A stretch of DNA of 40,592 nt, taken from contig JAQGDQ010001446.1 of NCBI GenBank assembly GCA_030141605.1, forward strand, positions 1 through 40,592, read 5' to 3'. Numbering within the stretch: the stretch's first letter is position 1; each line of letters opens with the position of its first letter. Positions 13,701 to 34,929 of this stretch are shown here, one piece after another. The translations under genes were made by a program, and so were the position numbers. The notes under the pieces were generated by a model, which had not been told where the DNA came from, did not search any database, and saw only the letters and a program-made list of their open reading frames with translations. Origin of the DNA: Tubiluchus corallicola. Its lineage: Eukaryota; Animalia; Priapulida.

Positions 13701-16700
13701 ACGAAAGCAGATTTAAAGGAAAAGCTAACTAAATTAACGAAAGCAGATTTAAAGGAAAAGCTAACTAAATTAACGAAAACAGATTTAAAGGAAAAGCTAA
13801 CTAAATTAACGAAAACAGATTTAAAGGAAAAGCTAACTAAATTAACGAAAGCAGATTTAAAGGAAAAGCTAACTAAATTAACGAAAGCAGATTTAAAGGA
13901 AAAGCTAACTAAATTAACGAAAGCAGATTTAAAGGAAAAGCTAACTCTCTCGGGAAGTTGAGCTTATAGTAATATTTAAGCAGAATGTGGTAAGCCACTC
14001 GTATAATTAGTAAAATCAAATCATATGGTAGGAAGATTGGAATAATGACTTAGAAACGTAGTGTTATTTTTACATTATTATTCAGGAGTTCAATTCTAGC
14101 ATGTAAGGTGTCTCAAAAGTCACTTTGCACTTTCACTTTTAATTTTTCATATTAATTTTCCTCTCCAATCTGAGGAAGTTCTTACATGACTCGAAAGGGC
14201 AATTGTTTTTATTGAGTTTTTAAAAATCTGGAATCCTGTTGCCATGGCAACTGCAGTAAAGTTAGAAACAAGATGCAAAATTTGCCTGGCGTGTGGTCCG
14301 CCATGACTTACTGATGTTTAGAGCACCATATGGACAACAGTGCTCTTTCACTATTAACAATGTAATTTTTAAACAAGGTCCAGTCCTTCCTCACCACTAA
14401 AGGGCCGTGAAAGACTTTCTCAATGCAAGACGCTTTATTTGTCATTGGATTAGTCTCTGAACCTCTTGACGTCCTTGAAAAGGGCAGCGGAAGTAACAAA
14501 TGCCGTCTAGCGCAGCAGTTCATTTCAGATTTTCGTCTAATTAGACTGAAATAATATAAATGAGAAAATGCAAAGTGTGTAGTGACTTAGGAGACACCCT
14601 GTAGTTCACATAATAAGTACCGACAGCCAAGAAGGTACTTGTGATGTGGAGCTCATTTATTTTGAATCACCCTGTATACTATACACATATGTATTAAAAT
14701 AAACTAAACCGCTGATTGCTAAATACATTAGTACTTACCATTTGCACGATAAACGTTATGGCTCCCAGTTGCCTTACAACTTTGCTTCCAAAACGTACCT
14801 CCAAATACTGAAATATTGAAAATCATAAGAAACGGATTCAGTCTCTACGAATGCAGCCATCAGCATTGTAAGGGATTGTGAAGCCATGGACATATAAGGA
14901 AAAATAAAAATGTGACACCAAACCACTCACACGGGGTATGATGTAACACAGCTTTGATAAAAGTGAAATGATTATGTTCGGTTATGTGGCAAGATTTTTT
15001 TTCACTGAACCTAGACTCAGTAGTACCCTTAATTACAGAAACAAACCAAAACTCAAGTACAACATGGCAGCCATTTCAGAACAGTGAAATTTCATTCATA
15101 TTCTACTGAAAAACTACTGATTAAATTTTTAACAACAAAGTTATTGAACATAATGTCTAGCAATAAATTTTAATTCTGATAAAGAAATGTTGATCAAGAT
15201 TGGTGGTAATTGCTTAATAAGTGTTGGATTAGTCAGAACTGGAAGTAAAAAGGACCTGTTGAACTATGTTAAAAGCGTTAGATTATGATATATAATTATG
15301 TTGATGAATGCTGGTATGAAGCCAGTTAAGGAGTGGTGTCACGTGAGCAAGTGATTCAGAACCGAAGCGTCGAAGCTCGGTGCACGATATATAAGCCTTG
15401 TGATGCGCCCAGTTCAGGGGATTGAGTCTGGGAGCTGAAGGAGAGCAAGCTAGATCAGGGGGCTTGGCATTACTATCTGTTACACTTATTGTGTTTGATG
15501 TTCAATAAACGTGTAGTTTTATAATCTGACTCTTCATAGTTTTGCCATCCCTAAAACACCAATAATCAGCTTCACACACTGGAATCGTCAGCATCACAAT
15601 TGTGGCATGTATAAATGTTATGTTAAGCAACCTACTGATGCTATTTGATGAGATTTTAACGCCCCTTGACACTAATTAGTGAGATTCTTTCCGTTCATGA
15701 TCTGTTTACGATAGTTACTGTGATAGAGCTAAGAGTGCTAAGAGTTGGTTTTTTTTCACTTAAAGGACAAGAAAAGGGGCACCTGAGGGAGGTTTCAGAA
15801 AAATCGCCTTAAAAAATTATATTACTTTACAGCAATTTTATGCACATATCGTATTCGCTTTGAAAGGAATTTTCGTTTGTTTTCATTTTAAATCTCCCGC
15901 AATGTTGTTCCGACGGCGCCATTACATGACGTCACTAAGCCACGTAAATCAGGGGAAGAAAAAGAAATGTTAAATTATGTCCCGAAAAACTTTCCGTGCA
16001 AATCTATATTACTTACCTGCTGGAAAGACTTGTGTAACTAGACAAATTATTTAAGATGATTGTGCCAAATGGTAAAATGTCGCTGACTCACCCTCCAGGG
16101 TGCGCCACTCACTGGCCAAAAATGTATTTCTAATCTTATTGACAAGATACACAAATTTAAAATTTTACTTAATTATCGACATGTATGCTACGAATGTTCT
16201 GATTATTTTTTCAAACTTTACTCAATGTTATCTAAACTTGTTTCAAACGACCTACCATTAAAATGGCTGCGCCTAACGGTCATCGCGGGAGTTTAAATTT
16301 ACACGTTTTATACAGCGTTACTGCCGATGCAAGCCCAGGATACGAAAAGGTAGCATGTAAGTGGTATAAAAGTTCGTGTTTTTAAGCTTTATGTAAGTGG
16401 AGGGTTTTCTTGTGCTTTAAATTCTACATATTCTAGCTGTGCAATAAATTTCTTTTCTTACCTCGTGAGCGCTCGTCAACTTCATGTGGTAAAACACTGG
16501 CATAAAACACTCAGCGCTGAATAAACACGTGATCAAATATCCACCAATCAGAAACCAGTACTGCGTGCCGTATATGTACATCTCAGCCGGCGTCCCTAGC
16601 AACGCTATGGCTGACACAAACGTTGCTATTAGCGACAACGACACGGGTCTCCATGACATGCTCCTGTTAGCCATGAGGAATTCTTTCGTGGTTTTTTGCT

Positions 16701-16806
16701 GTCCTCCTGTACACGCGTGGAATATTCCTATCCCAGCAGACACGGCTAAACTCAGCGCGAAAACAATGTAATCCCACACGGTAAATTCGCTCGTTGATTC
16801 AGTCAT
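1208..16806 (-). CDS. Sodium:solute symporter, SLC5A8/SLC5A12/SLC5A6 (SMCT/SMVT)-like; spliced gene, 3' part beyond the left edge
   Basis: Nine GT-AG exons in consistent phase: 16806-16462, 14807-14739, 11439-11388, 8554-8487, 6088-5934, 5357-5217, 4370-4241, 3443-3355, 1323-1208. They give SSS-family motifs DYIVF..GIGIF, SAIALLGTPAEMY, YLEVRFG, LYAPSLALNA, GGMKAVMWTDVFQ, NQASVQR, DQLLPYF, PGLPGLF..FSGALSTVSSGLNSLAA. Confidence 0.95.
1490..1935. repeat. Dispersed repeat, copy 1 (unclassified TE fragment)
   Basis: Colinear with 10095-10540 (shared CGCGCCACTAGTTCTTC, AAACGCGTTGCACAAAAA, ACACGCTCGTGGAATATTTTT). Confidence 0.8.
2281..2775 (-). mobile_element. 5S-rRNA-derived SINE (SINE3-type), truncated at both ends
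   Basis: Reverse complement of 17521-18067 over about 490 bp; 3' part of the 5S head at 2698-2775; (TA)n on both sides. Confidence 0.85.
2806..2888 (+). ncRNA. Degenerate twister-ribozyme-like motif (3' cleavage product)
   Basis: AA-CGTA-GC-[CACTGGG..CTCAGTG stem]-CCAG-TCACAAAC-CCGG-TTGAA-TAGG-GAGGG follows the twister P2/P3/P4/L4 layout with several substitutions. Confidence 0.55.
2806..3303 (+). mobile_element. Short non-autonomous RTE-clade retroelement (5' UTR fused to ORF C-terminus, (GAA)n tail)
   Basis: KGKVHKEVVRPTLIYGLE...EMRMLRWMVGITRRDKIRN..IRGT is a typical RTE ORF C-terminus. (GAA)5 tail. 18-bp TSD TATATAACCGCATAGAAA (2790-2807) / TATAAAACGGCATAGAAA (3304-3321), 16/18 identical. 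Confidence 0.85.
3355..3443 (-). CDS. SLC5-like exon 8 (LLPYFALEFLSFLPGLPGLFTACIFSGAL)
   Basis: TAG acceptor, GTAAGT donor, 89 nt, phase 0/2. Confidence 0.93.
4241..4370 (-). CDS. SLC5-like exon 7 (AMWSIFPG...DCDPIDAEYITASDQ)
   Basis: CAG acceptor, GTATTT donor, 130 nt, phase 2/0. Confidence 0.92.
4403..4525. repeat. (GAT/GAC)n microsatellite
   Basis: Direct reading; source of the poly-His ORF. Confidence 0.95.
4773..5121. repeat. 87-bp tandem repeat x4 derived from a LINE reverse-transcriptase remnant
   Basis: Unit starts at 4773, 4860, 4947, 5034; the minus strand reads TCTGGAGTGCCACAAGG (SGVPQG). Confidence 0.85.
5217..5357 (-). CDS. SLC5-like exon 6 (FKPDLKMRHTVW...NQASVQRCLACKS)
   Basis: CAG acceptor, GTAAAC donor, 141 nt, phase 2/2. 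Confidence 0.92.
5934..6088 (-). CDS. SLC5-like exon 5 (GGMKAVMWTDVFQ...GGRIDFF)
   Basis: CAG acceptor, GTAAGT donor, 155 nt; SSS signature motif. Confidence 0.94.
6205..7230. repeat. Minisatellite of mixed 14/16-bp units (GG)TGAACTGAAACCTG
   Basis: About 1 kb array abutting a truncated SINE. Confidence 0.97.
7231..7410 (-). mobile_element. 5S-SINE copy with internal deletion and missing 3' end
   Basis: 5S head at about 7297-7410 joined directly to the GAGAGGGGGTTCCTGTTG body segment. Confidence 0.8.
7860..8410 (+). mobile_element. LINE 3' fragment (CR1/L2-group-like ORF2 C-terminus plus AT-rich 3' UTR)
   Basis: LP..F..YF....IHNYGTR...G..IWNSI...IK...S..IFKK; ends AATAAA plus a short repeat tail. 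Confidence 0.7.
8487..8554 (-). CDS. SLC5-like exon 4 (TGLNVWLSVCSMGIVCTFYTTI)
   Basis: CAG acceptor, GTAAGT donor, 68 nt, phase 1/0. Confidence 0.92.
8570..9665. repeat. 58-bp tandem array (about 19 units) containing a TA-CAGGGTGTCTCAAAAGTCACTACAC transposon terminus
   Basis: Period 58 (8571 to 8629); the last unit runs on into the element body also seen after 14106 and near 21340. Confidence 0.95.
10095..10540. repeat. Dispersed repeat, copy 2
   Basis: Same orientation and colinear with 1490-1935. Confidence 0.8.
10737..11100 (-). mobile_element. RTE-like LINE 3' fragment with (GAT)n tail
   Basis: Minus strand RRRLRWIGHMLRLPDDIPVKIAL...A.SRESW, followed by a trinucleotide tail. Confidence 0.7.
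11388..11439 (-). CDS. SLC5-like exon 3 (VIYMSIVLYAPSLALNA)
   Basis: AAG acceptor, GTATGT donor, 52 nt, phase 0/1. Confidence 0.9.
11575..11865. repeat. 56-bp tandem array (about 5 units) containing a MITE terminus
   Basis: Period 56 (11575 to 11631); the unit includes TAATGGCGCGTTCAGACGTAGAGAA. Confidence 0.92.
11790..12122. mobile_element. Palindromic MITE, possibly PIF/Harbinger-like; left boundary blurred by the array
   Basis: TAATGGCGCGTTCAGACATGGAGAA versus TTCTCTACATGTGAACGCGTCATTA; internal inverted pair TAGCATCCGGAATGCGT / ACGCATTCCGGATGCTA. Confidence 0.55.
12182..13945. repeat. 36-bp tandem array (about 49 units) AACTAAATTAACGAAAACAGATTTAAAGGAAAAGCT
   Basis: Highly homogeneous array, direct reading. 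Confidence 0.97.
14106..14601. mobile_element. Tc1/mariner-like MITE
   Basis: Left end AGGTGTCTCAAAAGTCACT, right end AGTGACTTAGGAGACACCCTG followed by TA. Confidence 0.75.
14739..14807 (-). CDS. SLC5-like exon 2 (YLEVRFGSKVVRQLGAITFIVQM)
   Basis: CAG acceptor, GTAAGT donor, 69 nt, phase 0/0. Confidence 0.92.
15267..15558 (+). mobile_element. Possible solo LTR
   Basis: TGTT...AACA ends, internal TATATAA then AATAAA, GC-richer than its flanks; no TSD found. Confidence 0.35.
15764..16416 (-). mobile_element. TTAA-flanked non-autonomous DNA transposon (Kolobok-like), copy 1
   Basis: TTAA|AGGACAAGAAAAGGG...GGGTTTTCTTGTGCT|TTAA; reverse complement of the copies at 29897 and 35009. Confidence 0.85.
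16462..16806 (-). CDS. SLC5-like coding exon 1 (MTESTSEFTVWDY...KLTSAHE)
   Basis: ATG at 16806, 115 codons, donor GTAAG; TM1-TM3 of an SSS transporter. Confidence 0.93.
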
Positions 16807-16876
16807 TTTGAAACTATGATGCTACAGCAAGCTCGTTAGACACTTGACACTTGAAAAAGAAACGAAATCACATATA

Positions 16877-17153
<277 letters not shown>

Positions 17154-17520
17154 AATAACAAAAAACTAACGTTTTACACAGAGTCAAATTTTACTCTTTT
17201 GCCTATTTTGTTCTGTTATTCAGGTGTTACCTTCATCCCCCCCCCCCTCCGCAAGTAGGTTCGTCCTGTGTGAACGTCAGCTGTTGGATTTCCAACAGAA
17301 TGAACAAACACGGTGTGATAGTTTGTTGTTTTTGTATAATCCGAGAATAAAAGTAAATAACCAAGTTAAATAACTTTTTGCCTGAAAAATTTGTGTCATC
17401 CTTGGCAAAATGTTGATTTTTTTGTCCAAATCATTCACTTGTCTATTTGTTACTGTGTCAATGTGTGTGTGTGTGTGTGGGTGGGTGTGGGTGTGTATAT
17501 ATATATATATATGTGTGTGT

Positions 17521-18067
17521 GTACGGCCAAATCATGTTGAAAACACCGGTTCTCGTCTGATTACCGATGTTAAGCAATGTAGAACCTGGTTAGTACTTGG
17601 ATGGGTGATCGCCTAGGAATACCAGGTGCTGTAGGCTTGCGGGATGCCCACACTGTATCTCGACACTAGGCGGAGGAGCTGCACAAGCAGTCAACGGCTA
17701 GAGGGCGGAGGAGGTCAAGTGACCCAACGGCCATGTGTAGAGGAGTAAACCTTCCAAATCAGGAGTGGAGCCCCGAAGGCGGACCAGTGCAGCATGCTCA
17801 CTGACTCCGGCAGCTCCTGCGGGCAACCTGGTGCCAAACGTATCGCTCCGCTTTCCTTTGGACTACACCAGCGAGGAAGAGAGGGGGTTCCTGTTGCCTG
17901 GGCAACTCAGGATCTCCATACATCTTGCCCAGGCGTGCGCCCTGGAGACCTTCAAGGATCGCACTGCTCAGCCACAGTCGACGCTGCAGCTCCATCAATG
18001 TGATCAATAACTGACTCTCTTGGCGCACACTCCATTGTCTTCCGAGACAGAAGGATGCCAACAACAA
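17521..18067 (+). mobile_element. Full-length 5S-rRNA-headed SINE (SINE3-type) with RTE-like body and tail
   Basis: 17521-17638 is a near-complete 5S sequence (TACGGCCA...GTTAAGC...TGGATGGG...GTAGGCTT) lacking the oligo-T terminator. A GC-rich body of about 430 bp follows and ends CGAGACAGAAGGATGC(CAA)n. Confidence 0.85.
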
Positions 18068-19691
18068 TATGTATGTGTACGAATATATATCTACTGTGTA
18101 TAAAGCTCCCTATACAGACTAACAGCTTTAATGGACCATTATGCTACTCTTCTGTACAATTGACTGTACATTATCATATAAATATCTAGTTATCACTGCT
18201 TGTTGCTGCATTGACAGATAATCAGATAATTCAAATTCTTAACTATTTAAAATTTTTAACTCTTTCACTCACTCAAAGTCGTAATTACATATTTTCATTT
18301 CCTTTCTCAACTTTCAGTTTTATTGCTCTTATAATATTGCTATCATTACTTTATTTACTTCATCCTTATTTACATTAAGTTATCTACAGAAGCATGCATA
18401 ATTATAATCATATTTTCATTGTTTAGACTCAATCTCATTTTAATTTACTGTCTAAAATATACATTTTCTTGCCTATAAAAGTTAACAATTGTTCATTATA
18501 TTTGAATAATTAGCTTAGAAAGTTAATTAACGGCAACCGAACACAGCTATTGCTTACGTCAGAAACTTACCATAGTTTGTGCAATGGCAGGCATCTTAGC
18601 TTGCGCATCAAGCACATTTGCATAAGTGTTACAGTACTGCTTAAACGCATGATGTCACGAAAAATGGACTCTACATCATATGACGTCAGAAACTAACACT
18701 GCAGTTCATGATCATACTTATCACAGTACCGCCTTCTGTTTATTGGCCACACGAATGTGACAAAAAGGCGCTGCTGCCAATCTTAGTAGATTCACTGATC
18801 CGCGCGTAGCTTTGAAACTTTAACAAAATTTGAATATCCGAGGTAAGTATCATTTAATCTGAGCTTTGATTTAAAATAAGCTATTGTAGTTTTCAATATT
18901 TTAGAGTATTCTTTATTCTGAAGTAATGTTTACACAATCATCCGGTTTTTATTAAAGTAAGGTGAGTGAGTTAAGGAGGAACACTCACCTCGCACTACTC
19001 AAATTATTTAATTTTAAATTTATTGATGTGTTTGATGTGCGAAATAAGATTTCATAGTTCATGTAAAAGTCTTACATCTGGTTCTTAGTCACATATCACA
19101 GTCACTAATATTTACTGTATATTTTTTTCATCGTTAACGTAGATTATTTAACTTCATTTCCAAATAAATAAATCACTAAATAAATAAATAAAAAGCACAA
19201 TACCTTCTTGTAGATTTATACGTCTGTAGACTAGAATTCTTGCAGCGTTTTCAATTTAAATTTACTGACTTGCAAGTGTTCATGCATCTTAAAGTAACGA
19301 AATTTAAAACGTAAACTTTTAATTTTGCACAAACGTTAATTCACAAGACACAAACTATTAAGTTGGATGTAGCACTAAAATTTTGTGTTGACAGTTAAAC
19401 TTTAGCTACCACAGAAATGATAAACGTGTCTACTTTGATATTTGCTCAAGATTTGCGTAAGATAAACTTTACCTTGAGTCCACGTTTTTGCATTGCTATC
19501 GTAATGTTGCGTATAAAAACATTGACATTTGTCGAATGACAGAACTGAAAACCTGTTAGCTTTATTATGAAGAGAAGTTTTCTAATGTTATTCAAATGTG
19601 TGGATTAATTTTCGCAGCAACCAACGCACCAATTTTTAAAGATGATATCAAATCTTTCTTTGCACAATATATACGTGTATATTAACAGGTA

Positions 19692-20497
19692 CAGTCAACC
19701 TCGGATATAAGGGACACCTCCGGACCAGAAAAAATCATCCGTTATATCCGATATCCCTTATAGCCGAAGTTGAGTCAGACTGAGGGTGCATCTGCAGTCA
19801 ACCTCGGTATAAGGGACACCTCCGGACCAGAAAAAATCATCCGTTATATCCGATATCCCTTATAGCCGAAGTTGAGTCAGACTGAGGGTGTATCTGCAGT
19901 CAACCTCGGTATAAGGGACACCTCCGGGTCAGAAAAAATCATCCGTTATATCCGATATCCCTTATAGCCGAAGTTGAGTCAGACTGAGGGTGTATCTGCA
20001 GTCAACCTCGGTATAAGGGACACCTCCGGACCAGAAAAAATCATCCGTTATATCCGATATCCCTTATAGCCGAAGTTGAGTCAGACCGAGGGTGTATCTA
20101 GACCTGTAGTTTTCTGTACTTTTACCCACATTTTTATGGATTATTGCTACACATTCAGTGCAAACGGTATGTAGGAAGCTCCTTCAGTAATGCGAGATGT
20201 ATGTGACCGCAGAAACCGAGCTGTTCGAAGGTCGAGTTTGCGAAAAATTGAGGTTAAAAATCGATCAATTTCGCTTTGATCAGAGGGTCCTTCATATGCG
20301 AGGTAATTTACCTGGGTTTCTATTACGCGGGACCTGAAGATATCATTTCTTATAACCGAAAGTCCCTTGTGTCCCAGTACCTTATATACGAAGATTTTTA
20401 CAGAGGAAAAACGTTACGAAAAATCGGGACCGGTGTTGGTAGTCCCTTATAAGCGAGTGTCCCTTATATCCGAGTACCTTATACCCGAGGTTGACTG
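19692..20497. mobile_element. pogo/Tigger-like MITE whose left 102 bp are repeated 4 times
   Basis: TA|CAGTCAACCTCGG...CCGAGGTTGACTG; unit starts 19692, 19795, 19897, 19999. Confidence 0.8.
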
Positions 20498-21420
20498 CAC
20501 ATTATAGTTTATAATTCATCAGTGCCCTACTCCTTTGTGAAAGTGTTTTGCCGTTTACTGTTACTGACTGTTATTGAGGCGTAGAAACGTATTCGTGCTA
20601 GGCTTTACTCGCTCAATTAATTCTTCTTCGATTTCTGTTCACCCAAGCAAATAAATGAACAGACAAACCCGAGGTTGACTGTATGTATAATATACATACA
20701 TACATATATATTATCAGCCTTTATCTGCAGCTTGGTAATTCTACACTGTACCATGATATAAGAGTACGTATAGAACACGGTCAATTATAATTACGTCATT
20801 AATACATGTACCACAAACTTGCTTATAAAACATGATAGCAAGTATGTATAATAATTACGGTCCGTATTAACCGAATTCGTAATAACCGAAAAACACAACT
20901 ATTGGAAACCCTGCAAGAGGAAAACACAGCCAACATATTTTAAAAAAAGAAGAAACATTTAATAAAGCTTTAGCTAATTTTTCGACAGACGGTTTTACCT
21001 TATCAGTTTCTAAAGGGATGCAAAAGGGTTAAATGCGTACTACAATATAAATTTTAGCTCATGCACACATATGTATATATATATTTATGTACATATTTAT
21101 ATACATATATGTATAATTCAGGCAAAATTTATAATGGTTTTATCGTAAATTTTAGCAAAATTTCTCGTTTTTATGTATTTGTAAGTAAACCTTGCATGTA
21201 AAAAAGTTTGTCATTTTTAATACTTTCCTAATAGTGTAATCTAACTTACCAAGGGATTAAATTATAATTATTATTTTAATTATAGCCTTTATCACAAAAT
21301 TCTGAGAGTATCTCACAAGTCATTGCACAATTTCTAATTGTCTTTTTAAGTTTTTCTCCAATCTCAGCAAGCTCTTACATGAATCAAAAGGAGGGGTCTT
21401 TGGCAATTTTGGGCAAAGAA

Positions 21421-22236
21421 TAAACACGTGTGAGATAACGAACGAGGTGTTAGACACGTGTGAGATAACGAACAAGGTGTTAAACACGTGTGAGATAACG
21501 AACGAGGTGCTAAACACGTGTGACATAACGAACGAGGTGTTAAACACGTGTGAGATAACGAACGAGGTGTTAAACACGTGTGAGATAACGAACAAGGTGT
21601 TAAACACGTGTGAGATAACGAACAAGGTGTTAAACACGTGTGACATAACGAACGAGGTGTTAAACACGTGTGAGATAACGAACAAGGTGTTAGACACGTG
21701 TGACATAACGAACGAGGTGTTAAACACGTGTGAGATAACGAACGATGTGTTAAACACGTGTGACATAACGAACGAGGTGTTAAACACGTGTGACATTTCG
21801 AACGACGTGTTTAACAGATGTGACATAACGAACGAGGTGTTATACACGTGTGACATAACGAACGAGGTGTTAAACAGATTTGACATAACGAACGAGGTGT
21901 TAAACACGTGTGATATAACGAACGAGGTGTTAGACTCGTGTGACATAACGAACGAAGTGTTAAACACGTGTGACATAACGAACGAGGTGTTAAACAGATT
22001 TGACATAACGAACGAGGTGCTAAACACGTGTGACATAATGAACGAGGTGTTTAACAGATGTGACATAACGAACGAGGTGCTAAACACGTGTGACATAATG
22101 AACGAGGTGTTAAACAGATTTGACATAACGAACGAGGTGTTAAACACGTGTGACATAACGAACGAGGTGTTAAATAGATTTGACATAACGAACGACGTGT
22201 TTAACAGATGTGACATAACGAACAAGGTGCTAAATA
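21421..22236. repeat. 30-bp tandem array (about 27 units) TAAACACGTGTGACATAACGAACGAGGTGT
   Basis: Direct reading; generates the 317-aa and 272-aa pseudo-ORFs. Confidence 0.97.
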
Positions 22237-22422
22237 GGCGCGAAGAGGAAACGAAGGGAACGTGAGGTGTCACGAATTGAAATGAATTTTATAGAGATTA
22301 AAAACATCAACAAAGTTTTAATGATTTAAAAGTTTTTATTTGTTTTATGAACTTCACGGTAAACTCACATTATTTTGCTGTCCAAAACATTAATACAATC
22401 TTGTCACAAATATCATCACCAG

Positions 22423-23115
22423 GATGAAGCCATTTTACTCCTTCCAAAGCCATGATGATGAAGCCATTTTACTCCTTCCAAAGCCATGATGATGAAGCCA
22501 TTTTACTCCTTCCAAAGCCATGATGATGAAGCCATTTCATTTCTTCCAAAGCCATGATGATGAAGCCATTTTACTCCTTCCAAAGCCATGATGATGAAGC
22601 CATTTTACTCCTTCCAAAGCCATGATGATGAAGCCATTTTACTCCTTCCAAAGCCATGATGATGAAGCCATTTTATTCCTTCCAAAGCCATGATGATGAA
22701 GCCATTTTACTCCTTCCAAAGCCATGATGATGAAGCCATTTTACTCCTTCCAAAGCCATGATGATGAAGCCATTTTACTCCTTCCAAAGCCATGATGATG
22801 AAGCCATTTTATTCCTTCCAAAAGCCATGATGATGAAGCCATTTTACTCCTTCCAAAGCCATGATGATGAAGCCATTTTATTCCTTCCAAAGCCATGATG
22901 ATGAAGCCATTTTATTCCTTCCAAAGCCATGATGATGAAGCCATTTTATTCCTTCCAAAGCCATGATGATGAAGCCATTTTACTCCTTCCAAAGCCATGA
23001 TGATGAAACCATTTTATTCCTTCCAAAGCCATGATGATGAAGCCACTTTATTCCTTCCAAAGCCATGATGATGAAGCCATTTTATTCCTTCCAAAGCCAT
23101 GATGATGAAGCCATT

Positions 23116-23131
<16 letters not shown>
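22423..23131. repeat. 34-bp tandem array (about 21 units) overlapping the CHST15-like stop codon
   Basis: Unit ATGATGATGAAGCCATTTTACTCCTTCCAAAGCC; the minus strand encodes WLWKE*. Confidence 0.97.
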
Positions 23132-33694
<10,563 letters not shown>

Positions 33695-34297
33695 CTTCAA
33701 ACTCTCTGGGTTCTTTTGCACAGATTAACACAGATCAACACTTCCCCCATGAACACGTGTACGTGTCCTCTTCTTCACTTAAGACACTTAATTTGCCTAG
33801 ATGACACTGATTTATACACTAACCACGTAAAAGACACTCTTTACACAATCACAACCATTCTAGGTCCTGGCATTGTAGTAGTCAGTAGGTTGACGCTTTC
33901 AGATTTGGTCTCCAGGGCATGATGACTGTCCACTGCTAGCGAGAGAGTAGACAAGGTCATTGCTCTTAATTTGCATGGCTGTTACAGATTAGGCTCATCA
34001 CGTTACGTCAGGAACTTTCTAATTAGATTTTTCTATACATTTTCACTTAGAATTTATTGATATTTATGTCATCATTTTGAACTTTTTCAATCAAAAATAA
34101 TTTAAATTTGTCCATCGTTTCGTGTCTTTACATTTTTCACTAAATTTTACATTTCGCCTCATTTCAAATTCCTTCGTCTAGATACATAGATGTTTATGCT
34201 GTACTTCATGTACAATTACTGTAGAGGTTTGCTGTATAATAATAATAATAATAGTAGTAATAGTAGTAGTACTTACTTACTTACTTACTTACTTACT

Positions 34298-34515
34298 CTA
34301 GTTGGTCACCCATCCAAGTTCTAACCCGCCTCTACGTCGCTTAACTTCGGTGATCAGACGAGAACCTGTCTTCAACGTGATTTGAACCTGCAGCACCTGG
34401 TATTCCTAGTCAGTCACCCATCCAAGTACTAACCCGCCTCTACGTTGCTTAACTTCGGTGATCAGACGAGAACCAGTTTCATCAACATGATTTGAACAAC
34501 CGGTATCTTCAACGC
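34298..34515 (-). pseudogene. Two tandem degenerate 5S rRNA / SINE3-head copies
   Basis: GTCACCCATCCAAGT..GCTTAACTTCGGTGATCAGACGAGAACC present twice, with no SINE body. Confidence 0.8.
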
Positions 34516-34646
34516 TGTACTCGTGTATAAGCAGATGCTCGTCATATACACGAATTGCAAACTTGCTACATAGGAACATGTAGTAATGCGTATAAATTCT
34601 CCTCAAGTACCAGTAAAATTCACTCTAACTTTCGTTTATTAATAAT

Positions 34647-34929
34647 CTGCTGCTGCTACTGCTACTGCTACTATTACTACCGCCCACTACCCACTGCCTC
34701 CCCACTATCCACCTACTACCACCACCACCGCCACCACCACCATAGTACTACTACGCTGCTACTGCTACTGCTACTGCTACCACCACCACCACCACCACCA
34801 CCACCATAGTACTACTACGCTGCTGCTGCTGCTGCTACTGCTACTGCTACTGCTACTGCTACTGCTACTGCTACTGCTACTGCTACTGCTACTGCTACTG
34901 CTACTGCCACCGCCACCGCCACCGCCACC
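34647..34929. repeat. (CTA/CTG/CCA)n compound microsatellite
   Basis: Direct reading. Confidence 0.92.

Noticed and set aside
8570-13945. Regular arrays as CRISPR loci
   Set aside because: Units are head-to-tail with no unique spacers, there are no cas genes, and the context is spliceosomal introns.
17521-17638. Functional 5S rRNA gene
   Set aside because: Several substitutions, no oligo-T terminator, fused to a repeat body, and not in a 5S array.
17765-18010. Duplicated small ORF MEPRRRTSAACSL (also 2315-2572) as a gene family
   Set aside because: Both lie in the body of the same SINE, start at GTG, and the frame is explained by GC-rich repeat sequence.
21320-22273. 317-aa and 272-aa repeat-protein ORFs
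   Set aside because: Product of a stop-free 30-bp unit; non-ATG starts and no unique domain.
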